Origin: Octopus bimaculoides
Lineage: Eukaryota
Reading direction: 5' to 3'
DNA length: 64,000 nt
Assembly (NCBI RefSeq): GCF_001194135.2
Contig: NC_068983.1
Span: 2,042,051-2,106,050 of the forward strand
Part shown: one piece after another, positions 50,990 through 64,000 of the stretch
Numbering within the stretch: the stretch's first letter is position 1
How the letters are laid out: the number at the start of each line of letters is the position of its first letter
Notes under the pieces: model-generated
Databases searched by the model: none
Seen by the model: the letters and a program-made list of their open reading frames with translations, nothing else
Told to the model about the DNA's origin: nothing
Translations under genes and position numbers: made by a program

Positions 50990-51470
50990 GCTTTGCCAAG
51001 TTTGCATGTATGAGGCTGATAACATTATAAGACTTGGAAGGCAGCTCCTTGAGCAACACTCTTTGTCTGATAACCTAGAATACATGGCCAAAGAAGTGGC
51101 ACGACTCTACCGTAACGTGTCATCAGATGAAAGGATGAGCCTGTATGAACAGAAGATTATACATGGATATGTTAGTAGAAAGCTCCGTGATGATAGTAAC
51201 ATCGATCATCAAAGCAGTTTATCATGGACGATTAGCTGGAATACTACCTCCCATATTGAACGGTATGCGTTTTGCAATCCATGAACAGGAAATATCAACC
51301 AAATATCTGAGGCACAAAAGGAGCTGAGACACAGGAAAAGCAGCAAAATGTGACAATCGGAGGAGGAGGAGGAGGAGAAAGACGACGACGACATTGATAA
51401 ATTGGGTGGGAACCATATATAGTGAATCAGTTTTTTCTGGACGCAGGCTCGTGTCGGTCAGTACAAACAA
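50990..51470 (+). mobile_element. R4-clade fragment
   Basis: YEQKIIHGYVSRKL...TSHIERYAF / AIHEQEISTKYLRHKR resembles the region before the CCHC motif of R4-type elements (xHGxY, QEQ-I-T). Confidence 0.65.
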
Positions 51471-51714
51471 TTTCATTGATACTGAAATTCGTTTGATGGA
51501 TGAAAATTAATTTGCCTATCAAACGATATTCACTAGCGACAGCTCAAAGTGAAAGTGGCTATTAGATAACTCGACAATTGCCCAGCAATCAAATAATGAA
51601 GATATTTATGATGATTATGGTGGATAATTAGTGTGGTCGGTGGTAGGGTAGCATAAATCGCCTCCCAGTTAGCAGACCTACTTTGTAACCTTAGAGTGTG
51701 TAGGTAAGGGAAAA

Positions 51715-51965
51715 GGAATGCAGGTAAAAAAGACAGGAAAAACGTCACAGGGGTTTGGTCCGAGAGGATTTTGTCCTAGGGGAGTTTTGTCCGGATCTCA
51801 AATTAATTGTGACTTTTCTTCCTATGATTTTATTTCTGGCCACCATAAATTAATTGTGACTTTTTCCTGTGACTTTTCTCCTGGCCAAAATTGTAACTTT
51901 ATTACTGTGACTTTTTTTCCTGTGACTTTTTTTCCTGTGACTTTTTTTCCTATGACTTCATAGTA
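51715..51965. mobile_element. MITE-like element built from short motif arrays
   Basis: The left end GAATGCAGGTAAAAAAGACAGGAAAAACGTCACA is inverted relative to repeated TGTGACTTTTTTTCC units. The centre holds TTTTGTCC motifs. Confidence 0.6.
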
Positions 51966-51989
51966 ACCGGGAAAAAAGAGATGATATAG

Positions 51990-52630
51990 ATGCACGTTCA
52001 GCTGCTGGATTTGATGGATTCCCAGCAATCCTTCTCAAGTCATGCAAACGAGTCTTTGCAAAACCATTGCAACTACTTTTACAGAGCTTCCTCAGCCGTC
52101 TGGATTACTACTCCCAACTCTGTTCACCAAACAGTGTAAGATTAACGACGAAACTCGAGGCGATCCAGTTAAGCTACACCAAGAAGATAGACACGATCTA
52201 ACGCATCAGCAACTAGAGACACTCCCTGGAGCGAAGGCGGGGAGATATTCAGTAATATGCATCTGGAAAATCCTAGAAAATCTTGTGTCAAATTTTGGCA
52301 TTGTCAGTTACGTTAACAGCTGGGCGGGGTACCACTGCATAGTGCCAAAGGCCAAACATTGCCAACATGGTACAGAACCAGATACTGCAACAGCTTGGGC
52401 TTCAAAATCCTACAGCTCTTCAATATCCTCCCTCAAAGTCTGAGAGACCTGCAAAACAAAATGAGATCTCTTTCTGCCAAGAGTTCCGGTTGAACCTACC
52501 TCAAGGCAAGAAACACAGATAAGGGCAGCAATGTCAAACTCCCCCATCTACCAAATGTCACACATCAGAGGAGGTTTAGTGAAAGTGTAGCAAAGTAAAT
52601 GGCCGCAGTCCTTGGATTGAAACTAAAAAA
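51990..52630 (+). mobile_element. Internally deleted CR1/L2-like LINE, same family as 8800-9220
   Basis: SAAGFDGFPAILLKSCKRVFAKPLQ jumps to RLDYYSQL...RYSVICIWKILENLVSNFGI...VPVEPT. The tail is ATGGCCGCAGTC...GAAAC. Confidence 0.8.
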
Positions 52631-53749
52631 AACCTTTTCCGCTTTTCCAAGTTCTTTTCCAGACTGTAATGATATTATATAATTGGAAAACACTAAAAAT
52701 ATTAAACATACAAACACGAAGGTTAATGCAATTTCTCCAGGCCTGGAGCCGCTACAAATATTATTTCAACTTCAACTTATATCAGTCAACTGGTGACACT
52801 AGATCAAATCAAATCCTCTATCGTTTAAAACTCATACCACAAAAAAATCATTTTAGTACAAGTGTATTTAGAACTCTGATGATAAAGAGAATTAGTTAAA
52901 GACTGCGGCGCATTTTGTCGCGGTTCTATCAATGTTTATATCTTCTCCGTTAGTGTGTCAGTTTGTGTGAAACAATTGAAACAGATGTTAAAATCACTAT
53001 TCGATCAATAAAACCCGGCAATCATTCTTGATTTTTTATGTGAATAGTTTTATATTTGCTATTCACCAATGTGCTCATAACATGCAGACACATACTTTAG
53101 CTAGCATTTCGATATCAGGTGTGTCTACCGGCAGTTTACGCTGTCCATCTCATTATAGCCGACATCCTCTCTAGTGGGACATCTCATTATGACCAACATT
53201 CTCACTACTTTCTCTGTCATTATGGCGTCGACTTCAACCGATTTCAAATATTTTAAATCTCATTTACTCGCAGATAAATTTTTCGTTTTCCAGTTAGACT
53301 TGAAGGAATGAAATATTCATGAAATTTCCGATTTTATAATCAGAAATATTTGCATCTTCACAACTACAACAATAATCACGTTGAAATATGTTGCAGATTT
53401 TTTCCTGCCCTTAAGCAATCAAGATTTATATATGCGTTTTTTCAAGCTGTTTGTTGACTAAAGATTCTGTCAACTTCATGATAGAAAGATTACTCGAAAA
53501 GCATGGCTCTTTTATAATCAGTTTATCAAAATTTGTGAATGTTGACATATTCATTTGCACAAGTAGTATAAATTGGCTAACAATTACCTACTTTTCGTTA
53601 AGACATTAATTAATTGGTTGTAATTAGTTTTTAAAAAGGACTCTACGATAGGATTGGGAATTTGAGCTAAGTGTTGCCAGAGGGAAAGAAGTGGTCAAGA
53701 GGAAGCGAATTAAATTTTCGGACACATGATAAAATGATGCCGACGACGG

Positions 53750-53793
<44 letters not shown>

Positions 53794-54039
53794 ATAAGAG
53801 TGAAAAAACTACAGAAGGCTTGTGTTACCTGGTTAAAGTATATATTTAAATTATGTCAGAAAAATGTTAGAAAAATGTTAGAAAAATGTTAGAAAATCTT
53901 TTTGGTATATAAACATTGTATTTTGAGAAATAACCGGTTTCGTGTTGTCTTTTCAAATATCACTACTTCATTGTAACGTGTTTAGAGAGATATCATATGC
54001 ATTCGACAAGTTTTGAGACGTTGATTAATTTGAAAGAAG

Positions 54040-54560
54040 TACAGAATTCTAATCTTCAAAGTAAGATTCAGAGCAACCGTTGTAGCATTGCAGCCACTTC
54101 GTGAATGTCCCATGGAAGTCCTCCAAAGCCAAGGCGTCCATCAAGGCGTCCAGGACCCTTGTCGCAGTATCCTTCTTCTTTCTCAAAGCTTCCACAAAGT
54201 ACTATTTGTTGGCCCTTTGGCCAGAGGGAATCCAATGAAAGTAGATGACGCCTTTTCTGTTGTAAAATGAGTTCAATATGAGCTTCTCGGTGGACTCGCT
54301 TTGCCTGATCTTCAGGGGTCTGGAGGAACCAGGATGCTTGCATTTTCCCCTTTGTCTCCTTGTTGCTGGATTATAAGGAATAGGTACTGCTTTCGTCACA
54401 GGACTCCAGAGACTCAAATACTCTTGAGTCGGAGGTAATGAGTTCAACCAACTCTTGCTTCTTTCCTTCTGTTCGTCACTCTGCGTCCTGGAAACAAATT
54501 ATGCACATATTCGGTGCATCTTCATATCTGCCTCAATAATCATGTGTGCGGTTACGACAC
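54040..54560 (-). mobile_element. Internally deleted mariner transposase
   Basis: CDES..YNPATRRQRGKCKHPGSSRPLKIRQSES...FYNRKGVIYFHWIPSGQRANK joined to ..EDFHGTFTKWLQCYN. Confidence 0.8.
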
Positions 54561-54727
54561 CAACTCAAAATTGTACATTTATTATCTTTATAAACACTCA
54601 ATGCTTTCCATCCAGAAAATTGAGAATTTTTCTCATCTATCTCTGATGTTCCAAGCATCCCTCTTCCTCTCACACCTCTCACTCTCTCTCACCTCCTTTC
54701 TACCGACTTTCAATATTTTGTACCAGT

Positions 54728-54778
<51 letters not shown>

Positions 54779-54939
54779 ACATACATACACACATTATGAT
54801 TCTTGCATTTGTAAGAACTGCGTCAGTTGTTGTACTATGCTACTTAATGTTGTGTATACGTCTAACATTTCTGACGAACGCGCTGGGCAGGCCTTCACGT
54901 TCGTTTGGAAGACAATGCGATTTAAAAGCAGTTACTCTA

Positions 54940-54940
<1 letters not shown>

Positions 54941-55019
<79 letters not shown>

Positions 55020-55046
55020 CATCATCATCATCATTATCATCATTAC
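54941..55046. repeat. (TTA)n/(TCA)n microsatellite
   Basis: Read directly from the sequence. Confidence 0.95.
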
Positions 55047-55337
55047 CTCTGAACAGCTTCTAACTCTGCAGATGTACTACGGTGTCAGCTGTTCACTACC
55101 AGTGAACTAAGGTAACACCTCTTATTTTTCGAGCACCATCCGGAGTATTCGAGTGGTTCCAAGCAGTGTTGTTTTCTGCAAGTGCTCCACCCTTATTGCA
55201 GCCCCTATTCATTCCACGTACTTCTTGAGATTTTCGCTCACTGTTCCCAGGGCTCCGACAACTATTGTTACTACTGCTACCTATTTCATCGACCACAACT
55301 GCTTCACTTCCCAAGCTAACCTGTCATATCTCTCGAC
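55047..55337 (-). mobile_element. 5'-truncated R4-clade 3' end inside a TAA array
   Basis: The minus strand encodes VTIVVGALGTVSENLKKYVE*IGAAIRVEHLQKTTLLGTTRILRMVLEK*. (TTA)n lies on both sides. Confidence 0.85.
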
Positions 55338-55360
55338 TTATTATTATTATTATTATTATG

Positions 55361-55404
<44 letters not shown>

Positions 55405-55731
55405 NNNNNNNNNNNNNNNNNNNNNNNNNNNNNNNNNNNNNNNNNNNNNNNNNNNNNNNNNNNNNNNNNNNNNNNNNNNNNNNNNNNNNNNNNNNNNNNN
55501 NNNNNNNNNNNNNNNNNNNNNNNNNNNNNNNNNNNNNNNNNNNNNNNNNNNNNNNNNNNNNNNNNNNNNNNNNNNNNNNNNNNNNNNNNNNNNNNNNNNN
55601 NNNNNNNNNNNNNNNNNNNNNNNNNNNNNNNNGAAACTCGTTGTATGCATTCCCAATTTACACACGCAAATTCACAGGTAAAACATGTATTTAATAAAAA
55701 AAAAAATCATGAATGGATGTTGTTTTCACAG

Positions 55732-55799
55732 CGATAATGCTCTTCTTAGTACATGAGTCGTTCCAGTTAGCACGATTTTTTGCACTTCCTGTAGAGAAG
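55732..55799 (+). CDS. Candidate 68-nt coding exon
   Basis: Acceptor GTTGTTTTCACAG, donor AAG|GTAAGC. Only one frame is open: (A)IMLFLVHESFQLARFFALPVEK (phase 1 to 0). Confidence 0.5.
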
Positions 55800-55924
55800 G
55801 TAAGCCTGGTATCATTTTCAAATAGGTTTCAGTACCTTTTTTTTATCATTCCTAGAGATCCTACAATCACTGGTATGGTAGTCGCCTTGAGGTGCCACAT
55901 TTTTTCAATTTCTATTAGCAAGTC

Positions 55925-55983
<59 letters not shown>

Positions 55984-56329
55984 GTACACACGACTTCCAG
56001 GATGGCTATTTAGCGCCCAAAATATGTGTAAGCTCGTTTCTGTTATTTAAAACTTCGATATAGTCCTGTCTGTGATTCAAATTCTTAAGATGTATATAAA
56101 AAAATTCCCATATGTTTGCTAAAAGTTTGAGAAGTTCAATTCTGCATCTAAGCTACGCTGAGATATTTATAGAGAGATTTCAATTGAAGAAGAAGAAGAA
56201 GAAGAAGAAGAAGAAGAAGAATTGCATCAACGCTTAGAAATACAACTTCATTGACAAAAAGAAAGATCACATGTAGAAGAATCGGTTGTAAACTACTTAC
56301 GTTGGGTTTATAATATTCAAATTTTGTTT

Positions 56330-56530
56330 TTTGTCACAAAGCCAGCAGTCTCCGGGGAAGGTGATAAGTCTATTACATCAACCGAAGTGCTCAACTGGTA
56401 CTTGTTTTATCGTCTCTGAAATAACTAAAGCCAAAGTCGAGTTAGGCGGATTTTGAACTTGGGACATAAAGACAGACGAATACCGGTAAGAATTTTGCCC
56501 AGCGTGGTAATGGTTCTGTTATCGCCACTT
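56330..56530 (-). mobile_element. Degenerate SINE family B
   Basis: CAACTGGTACTT...AAAGTCGAG...TTTGAACT...AGACGAATACCG. Confidence 0.7.
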
Positions 56531-57519
56531 TCACGTGTATTGCATTAAAGCTTAAAGCAGTATAATATTGATATAGGGTGATAGACATAATTTATCAAGT
56601 TATCATTGCCATAAATTTTAGTTGATATAATTAGAATATTATCAACACGAAAGAAACTAAATTTATTGCATTGACACCACAGGAAAATAAGAAAAAAATT
56701 TTGTTTTTATTCAGAATTTGCCTCAAACTATCTCATTCAGTAACTTGAAGCTTACCAAGAAATCGTGATAGGATTGGTCTTATTCATCTAGAAGACTATT
56801 TCAAAATACCTACAATTACCTTGTGAATAAAAAGTAAAAACTTACGTGAATTACTTAAACGCGATCAACTCAACGAAAATTATGTTGCATCCTCAGGGAA
56901 TCCATTTAATAAGGAAATGTCTGAAACGACTGACTGCAGTAGAATGAAAGGAAATGGAAGTAAAGAAATTGAGGAATAGATAAAATATATGCTAAAAGGA
57001 ATGGCAAATATTGTGCATTGTTATTTCCTGGAAAAGAAATACATAAGTTAGGAGGTATTTTCAGGAAACCTATGGGGGTTCACCATAACTTATTGTCCTC
57101 CCAATCAAGTTGCAATAACCTCCAAAAATGTACGAAATGCGAATTTAACTTGTCCATTTATATCACAGCTTAGGCCTATTTCTCGTTTAACTGTGTTACT
57201 GCAACGGGGTTCCGTGACTGACAACTCCAATAATACGGAAAACTTGCACACTGAGAAAAAAGCTTGATAAACGCATGTACACTAGGATAGAAATAAAGTG
57301 TTGAACTGTTGACGTAACCAGCTTATTCCCGTGATCTGATGAACAAGCTTTTTTTCATTTTCATTCATTTGAAAATATACAATCGTATTGTATTATACTG
57401 AACACACATATTAATGTAAACATGTAAGAATAATTTGCGGTTTACTGAAATTAATACTACAAAAAGATCTCGGAACGTCTGAATCCAACGAAAAACTTTT
57501 AGTTAAATGAATATACATG

Positions 57520-58454
57520 ATCTTTGCAGTGTGGGGTCCTGATGAAACATCACTCCATTTCGATTCACTAAAACGGGACTTTTTTTCTTTAAAGCTTGTT
57601 TCAAACGCTCTAATTACTGACAGTAGACTTGAGCATTGATTGTTGCATTAGGTGGTAACAATTCAAAGTGAATTATTCCTTTGCAATCCCACCAGATAGA
57701 GAGAAGAACCTCTTTCCCATGAAGTTCCCTTCTCGGTTGTGATTGAGCTTTTTCCCTTTTACCAATCCACTGTTTACGACGTTGAACATTTCGATAGAAG
57801 ATCCATTTTTCGTCACCAGTCACAAGTCTATCCAAAAAGGGTGAAATGAGTTCGCGAGAATGGAGAGAAGAACAGATGTCAACTCGGGATTTCCGGCTGC
57901 TTTTGGACAATTCATGAGGCACCCATTTTCCAAGTTTAGGTAGCTTTCCAAGATGTTGAAGATGACGATGAACAGTTGTATGGTTTGAACTAAGCTTTAT
58001 TGCCAATTGTTCAACTGATAATGCAGGATTTTCTTCAAGCAATGCCTCAAGGAGCTTATCATGAAACTCAACTGGCCGTCCTGTTCGATTTTCATCTTCA
58101 AGACTGAAATCTCCACTTCTGAATGTTGTAAACCATCTTCTGCAAGTTCTTTCATTCAAGCATTCTTTCTCATAAACTGAGTATATGTCTCGAGTCGCTT
58201 CGGCTGTAGAGTTTCCATTTGTGTACTCATAAAGCATTATGTGCCTCAAATGCTCTTTTGATACTTCCATGTTAGAAAGGGTTTTAATCAAAGACGTTTT
58301 AATTCTATTATTCTGTAAAATAATATTTAATTAGTTTAAATGTATACAAATGCATAAAGATGATTTTTAGTTCCATTAGACATTCTGAAATACTATTAAA
58401 TTGTATTCAACTTTAAAAGCGTTAAAATCGGACAGAAGTTATGGGATAACCTGA
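57520..58454 (-). mobile_element. 3'-truncated mariner with a 225-aa transposase ORF (57614-58291)
   Basis: HTH regions, WVPHEL, first catalytic Asp in TGDEKW, a premature stop after VYCQ, then decayed LERLKQAL...VMFHQD. The 5' TIR CAGGTTATCCCATAACTTCTGTCCGATTTT is flanked by TA. Confidence 0.92.
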
Positions 58455-58523
58455 TATATATATATATATATATCAGGTCATCCCATATTCACACACACAC
58501 ACACACACAGACATACACACACA

Positions 58524-58578
<55 letters not shown>

Positions 58579-59079
58579 GCGGATAGATAACACACATATA
58601 TGTGTGCGTGTCTCTATTTTCACTACCACACTGCATTTTATATTATACCCTGCTCTGTTTTCTTGTTAAATTACCTCCAAATATGTTTATTTGTTTTGCC
58701 AGCATCAGCAGATTCCAAAGATGTAATATCGCCTCCCTCATATCCTCAGAGTTTCGGGTTAAACAATATTCTTTTAAACAGTTTCTTTTGTACATACCAT
58801 AACTTGTTTTTATCGGGACAGTAAACAAAATTCCGATTGGTTAAACAGAGCCGTACAGTTTAAGACCCCTCACCTGATATCAACATCAACTATTATTGTA
58901 GTTAGTACTCACCTTCTGCAAAGTTTATTAAGTAAGGAGAAAAATACTGATATCAGTTGACATGACTCTATTTGTGGAAAGAGAAAAAAACCTTGATCAA
59001 AATATCAAAGATTACCGAAAAGAAAGAAATAGCAACTAGTCAGCAGCATCATAGGGGAAGGGGAAATACGAATGAAAAC

Positions 59080-61500
59080 TCTGTTGAAAGGTACGTTTTT
59101 CGTCCAAAATCTATAGAAAGTTATAAATAAGTTGAATGGTTCCAGCGATAGTGTTGTTCAGTCATTCAATAAAATAGATATAATCGGTTGAATGGAATCG
59201 GGAAGAGATTGATTTGAAAATGCCCTCTGAACAGAAAGCTATTCCTGGTTTGAAGAAAAAATAGGAAACCCGTTTCCAAACTAAAGATTGAAAACGCCAA
59301 AATGTAGAGACTTATGTTATATGTTGATGAATAATTGTTATTGTAAAGAAGGCATGAAATAATGGTCTCTTAATGAAGTAGGGATATAAGATGGAATTCT
59401 CTCTACTTGAGAGATTAAAATTGGGATAGAAAAGAATAAATGAAGGTAGAGTGACTGTCAAGTGGAAGGAAATCAGGAAATCTAAAACCGAGATTATTTA
59501 AGGCGCTTAGGGAAAGGACAGATTAAGTATTATAAAGATAACATTATTTAGAGTGAAGTATTAAACAGCTTAGTATAAAGGAAATCTGTGGATGGTCATC
59601 ACAGTAATTTTGCTGAAGGCAATAAATATTGATTGAGAGAAATTCAATGTTATAGAAATGTGTTTGCGATAGAATAACCATATACAAAAATCATGAAAAG
59701 TAAATGTCCTATTCATTTTCACTTTGTTTTGTTATGTTTAGTAGTTGTTTTTTATTCTTGCTCGAATACGATATGCGTAATACCAAAATTGCCAAAAGAA
59801 AAGATTTAATTTTAGTACCTAATTATCATTTGTTAATGTAGTTTAATGAAATAGTCTGTCCCGGAAACGAAACACAATGCAGAAAAAGCAGCATGAAGAC
59901 TTTAAGAAAAGGTAGTTACACTGGAATATTTCAGAGAAAGATTAACAGTATTTATTTTGAAGAATTATCGATTAATTGCATTCGTACGAACCCACCAATT
60001 TTTGGAGATTAAGAATCATAATATATATGAAATATAACTATGGTTTTATTTGTTCAAACTCTCGAAAATGTCTTGTATTGAACAGTACTGAAATCATGAA
60101 ATTAAAACATTATGTGTTTGTAAATATTATAATAACGTGTTTCGGTGATTATCCAATCCATGTGGTTTTTTTCCTGCTAGAAATAGCAGCTAAATTTCAA
60201 TCAACATAGTTGACCGGCATAAAATAAAAACATGTATTAAATACATGTAATGTATTAAACTTGATAGACTTTATGGCCATGGTTGGAAAGTCTTTTGATG
60301 TATGTTTGTCGCATCCTGGCCATCGTACCCTGATGACATGCTCCGTAATGTTAATTACTAAGGAACTCCTAAAACGACAGGTTGGCGACAGATGAAGCAT
60401 CTTTAATAATAGATCCTTCAATTAGACGATGGTTGACTTGGAGCTAATGAGACTGGCACTGCAGCATCTTTAACAACATGGATGCCTTAAAATGTTTCTT
60501 CAAATGGCGATAACCGGTTGAAAAATTGATTAGAATTTGTTCAGAATGTTTAACGCAGAGGCTTATATAAATACAAAAGACAGGAAATCTGTAAAACTAC
60601 TTTGATTTGTCGAAGATCACAAAGATACATAATACAGAGTTGAATAAGTATAGTGAATATAAAGGAATTATGATTGGGAAAGTCTTCAAATATCTTGGAG
60701 GAATTGTACAAAACAGAAACGAAATTACATAAAAAAATATAAAAATCAAACCAAAGTAATCCAAGTGCATTGAAATATTAATATACAGCAGTAAAGGAAA
60801 ATCATAAAGTCTGGTTCATTGTTACAATAGTTATATCGATAGTAAGCTACAATTTTCATGAGATAAACTGGAGGATAAACGAACTTCACAGACTACAGAG
60901 AAAAACAAGAAAATGAATTACTATTTTTAGTGCAAATCACAGAAAACACAAACGTAGAAACTAGCAGGTTATATTTACCATAGGCAGAAGGTGGAACTGG
61001 ACTTGTGCAGTTAGAAGATTACTATTAGCTTAGCTACCCTATCTTTATATAAATATATACGATAAAACTGCATTATTAGAAGACTATATGTTCAAAATAG
61101 CAAAATACGTTATAATGTATCTTAAAAGAATCTGAAACATACGAACACGTTTGTGAAGAAGACGAGGAACAATGAAAGTAAAGTGAATCTATAGAAGTAA
61201 ACATGATTAATGAATTTTGAAATAGTAAACACTGCCTTCTGGAAGAGTATTATTAGTAAATGATGTAAATATTTATATAACCAAAATCATATCCTAGTGG
61301 AAGTATCTGAAATAGATCATGGAAAACGAGGCAGCTTCAGACAGAACATACCTTCGTACAATGTTCAAGATCAAGTTTTGACCGCCGGAAGTTACATAAA
61401 AAATGATCATCAAAGATTTAAGACGACCAGAGATGTAATGGGGAAGGGAAAACCACGGAACATGCGATTATGTGTCTCAAAGTAAGCTCTTTTAAAGGCA
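59080..61500 (+). mobile_element. Highly decayed R4-like RT fragments
   Basis: Remnants of FKYLG and RLYLP*AEGGTGLVQLED (conserved RLYLPR..GG.GL), in a purine-rich coding-like composition. Confidence 0.5.
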
Positions 61501-63444
61501 TGTCTATGTACATTGGAAATGATGACAATGTAAGAATTTAACGCAACAAGAAGGAAATAAAATCATTCTCTTCGGGCAAAGAACTGGAAAATGATACAAT
61601 GACAATAATGCATTGGTAAAAACTGTAACAGAAAAATAGGTCATCCGTAAATGTAATTATTAAAAGAAAACAAAGGTAAAAGGCGTGTACAATGTTTAAA
61701 ATGGTACATGTAACCGCTGTATATCTCATGGACAAAAACGGTTTTGATGTTGTAATGTTAATCAAGCTGAACACCTGACACAACGGTTAAAAGTTTGAAC
61801 AAAATGCCTTATGGCGTTATTTGTGTACGATTTTTAAGTTCTGATTTTAAATCCTTCTGTTCTAGGGGCAATTATTTAATCAGCAAGTGTTCTCCCCCTA
61901 ATAGCTGCTGAACTTCTTCCTAACTTAGATACAATGCTGATCCTCTTTTAATTATATATTTATTTATTTATTTTGGTTTTGCCAATTCTGCAGTTTTTAA
62001 TTCTATATTCAACCCCTCAGTTATTGACCAGTCTGCCAACTGAGAAGAGTTTTAATGCTTCCAGATAAATGGAAATCATTAATTAAATTCATATAGATAT
62101 ACATATTATTAAACATATATTAATTAAATTGATTAAATGTCATATATATTAATTCAATTCATATAAACACTCTAGACAGCATTATATATGGCCATTCCCA
62201 AAATCTTTAAGGTTTGATGTAATATATATTGTTACATCTGTCTGTCAGAATGAGGATTGCGAGTTCACGTGCTCTTGAGAGCGAAAATACAAAATATCAT
62301 TTATCATCAACATCTATAATCTTCGATACTAAACTTCGTTGCGTCTAGGCATTGTTTTATTGATGAATATGCAGTGTTTTGGAAGGATGTTCAGGTAGAA
62401 TTTACTATCCATTTGGTGGTTTAACATTAAACGGTTTGAAGAAAAAAAATCCGTTAAACAATGATTTACCAAAAGAGAGCAATAAAAGAAAGAAAGAGGT
62501 ATTTGAAGGAAAGGTATGAACATAGAAGTCATGCTATAGACGAGATTGTTTAAAACGAGAGCAATATCGGTTAACAACAAGCGTAAGAACCATGATATTT
62601 TGTTTTTTAAACAGCCAATTAGAAATTCCCCCAAATGATCATCCAGATAAAAACAAATCAAAACAGCTACGTTTCTTGGTCCGGAGACGTGGGAATACAT
62701 ATATACACAGCGCTGGCAAAAAATTCATTATTTTGCTTAAATGATCTGAAATATTCCTCTAGTGATCGCTATACAGGACAAATTATATCGTACTATATAC
62801 AAGGATAAAAAGAATTTAGTCGTGTTGATTACTATTAACACTGTCCTGAAACATGGTCTCAATATTCAGATGAAAATTTAGAAATATATTTAAATATGTG
62901 ATTCTTTTTATACGATGGGTTTACAGGAAGCGGTGGTGTGCATGACATTTCCAGACCCTCCTACACAAATGAGATTAATGCCATCAATTTTCTCATGTTA
63001 ACATCTGTAGAAAAGACATGGACGCAAGATGTTTGGGAAAGGAAGAATTGTGCATAATGGTTAACAAGTGGTCTTGTGGAATATAAACAAGAACTGTTAT
63101 GAGAGAACGAGAGTTGAATGAGTTGATATGATTTGAGTGGCGGAGGCGTGACCGCAGTCAGCTCCGAGGAACAGATGGCCATGGCAATTGCTGTAGAAAG
63201 GTCAGAGAGAAAGCACACCAAAAATATCATTGCACATTGCTGATCAGGCACATTTCTGCTCAGACTCTGTAAAATTTACTGTTTTACTGAAAACCAATCA
63301 CTTCTCTTGTTAAACAATCAAAGTAAATGTCTCTTATTACACTAGTTTACGTGACTAAACAAAGAATCTGATCCACTCCTTAATTCATCGATGAACAAGT
63401 GATAAACAAAATGATGTATAAATACTGGTTCCAAATAAATAAAA

Positions 63445-63475
63445 TAAGTTTACAATAATAATAATAATCATAATC

Positions 63476-63518
<43 letters not shown>

Positions 63519-63555
63519 TGATGTTGATGATGATGATGATAACAACAACAACAAT
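63445..63555. repeat. Compound (TAA)n/(TGA)n/(CAA)n microsatellite
   Basis: Read directly from the sequence. Confidence 0.95.
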
Positions 63556-63830
63556 TACATGTGGACCCATGATGGTGCTCCTGCTCATACGCCAAAGAAA
63601 GTGCAGAAATTCTGCGAAGACAACTTCGCCGACTTTGGACCTGCCAAATTCTGACCTTCTTCCAAGCCAGACCTGAACTCCCAAGACCCTGCCGCATGGG
63701 GCAAATTGGAGCACTCTACTAACAGAATAACGCATCCAAGTATTGATCATTTTAAGAAAATCTTGAGGGAAAAGTGGAACAACATGTCTGAGTACTTCAT
63801 CATGAATAGTTGTGACGCCTTCAGGCTTTG
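63556..63830 (+). mobile_element. Tc1/mariner transposase C-terminal fragment (DD37D/maT-like)
   Basis: YMWTHDGAPAHT...F*PSSKPDLNSQD..WGKLE...HPSIDHFK...W (QDxAPAH and WPPSSPDLNPLD motifs). Confidence 0.75.
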
Positions 63831-63955
63831 GTGGACAATGAAGGCATACATATACTGAATAAATCGTCTCTTTATACCCTTATTATGTCGGGTTTTGCTG
63901 ATTGTTGCAATATAAACAATTTGGTGAAATTTCTATTATTTTCCAAGTTTTGCTT

Positions 63956-64000
<45 letters not shown>

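Overview
This is AT-rich, microsatellite-dense eukaryotic DNA with 8 assembly gaps. The SINE families match what I recall from octopus genomes, so the source is probably Octopus (inference from memory, not a search). There is no intact long protein-coding ORF. Most ORF-track entries come from microsatellites, N-gaps or decayed transposons. The window holds decayed mobile elements: Penelope-like elements with hammerhead-ribozyme motifs, L1/Tx1-clade, R4-clade and CR1/L2-like LINE fragments, several tRNA-derived SINE families, Tc1/mariner remnants and several fold-back elements. Highlight 1 (40612-44780): one TSD-bounded tRNA-SINE has taken three stacked insertions at the same 12-bp internal site (GGTATTTCGTCT). 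All three end in the same Tx1-type 3' tail, which suggests a Tx1-clade LINE that targets the SINE it also mobilises. Highlight 2 (23531-26566): a TE-poor stretch contains a phase-compatible chain of 18-66 nt candidate exons that splice into about 120 stop-free residues of an unrecognised host protein.
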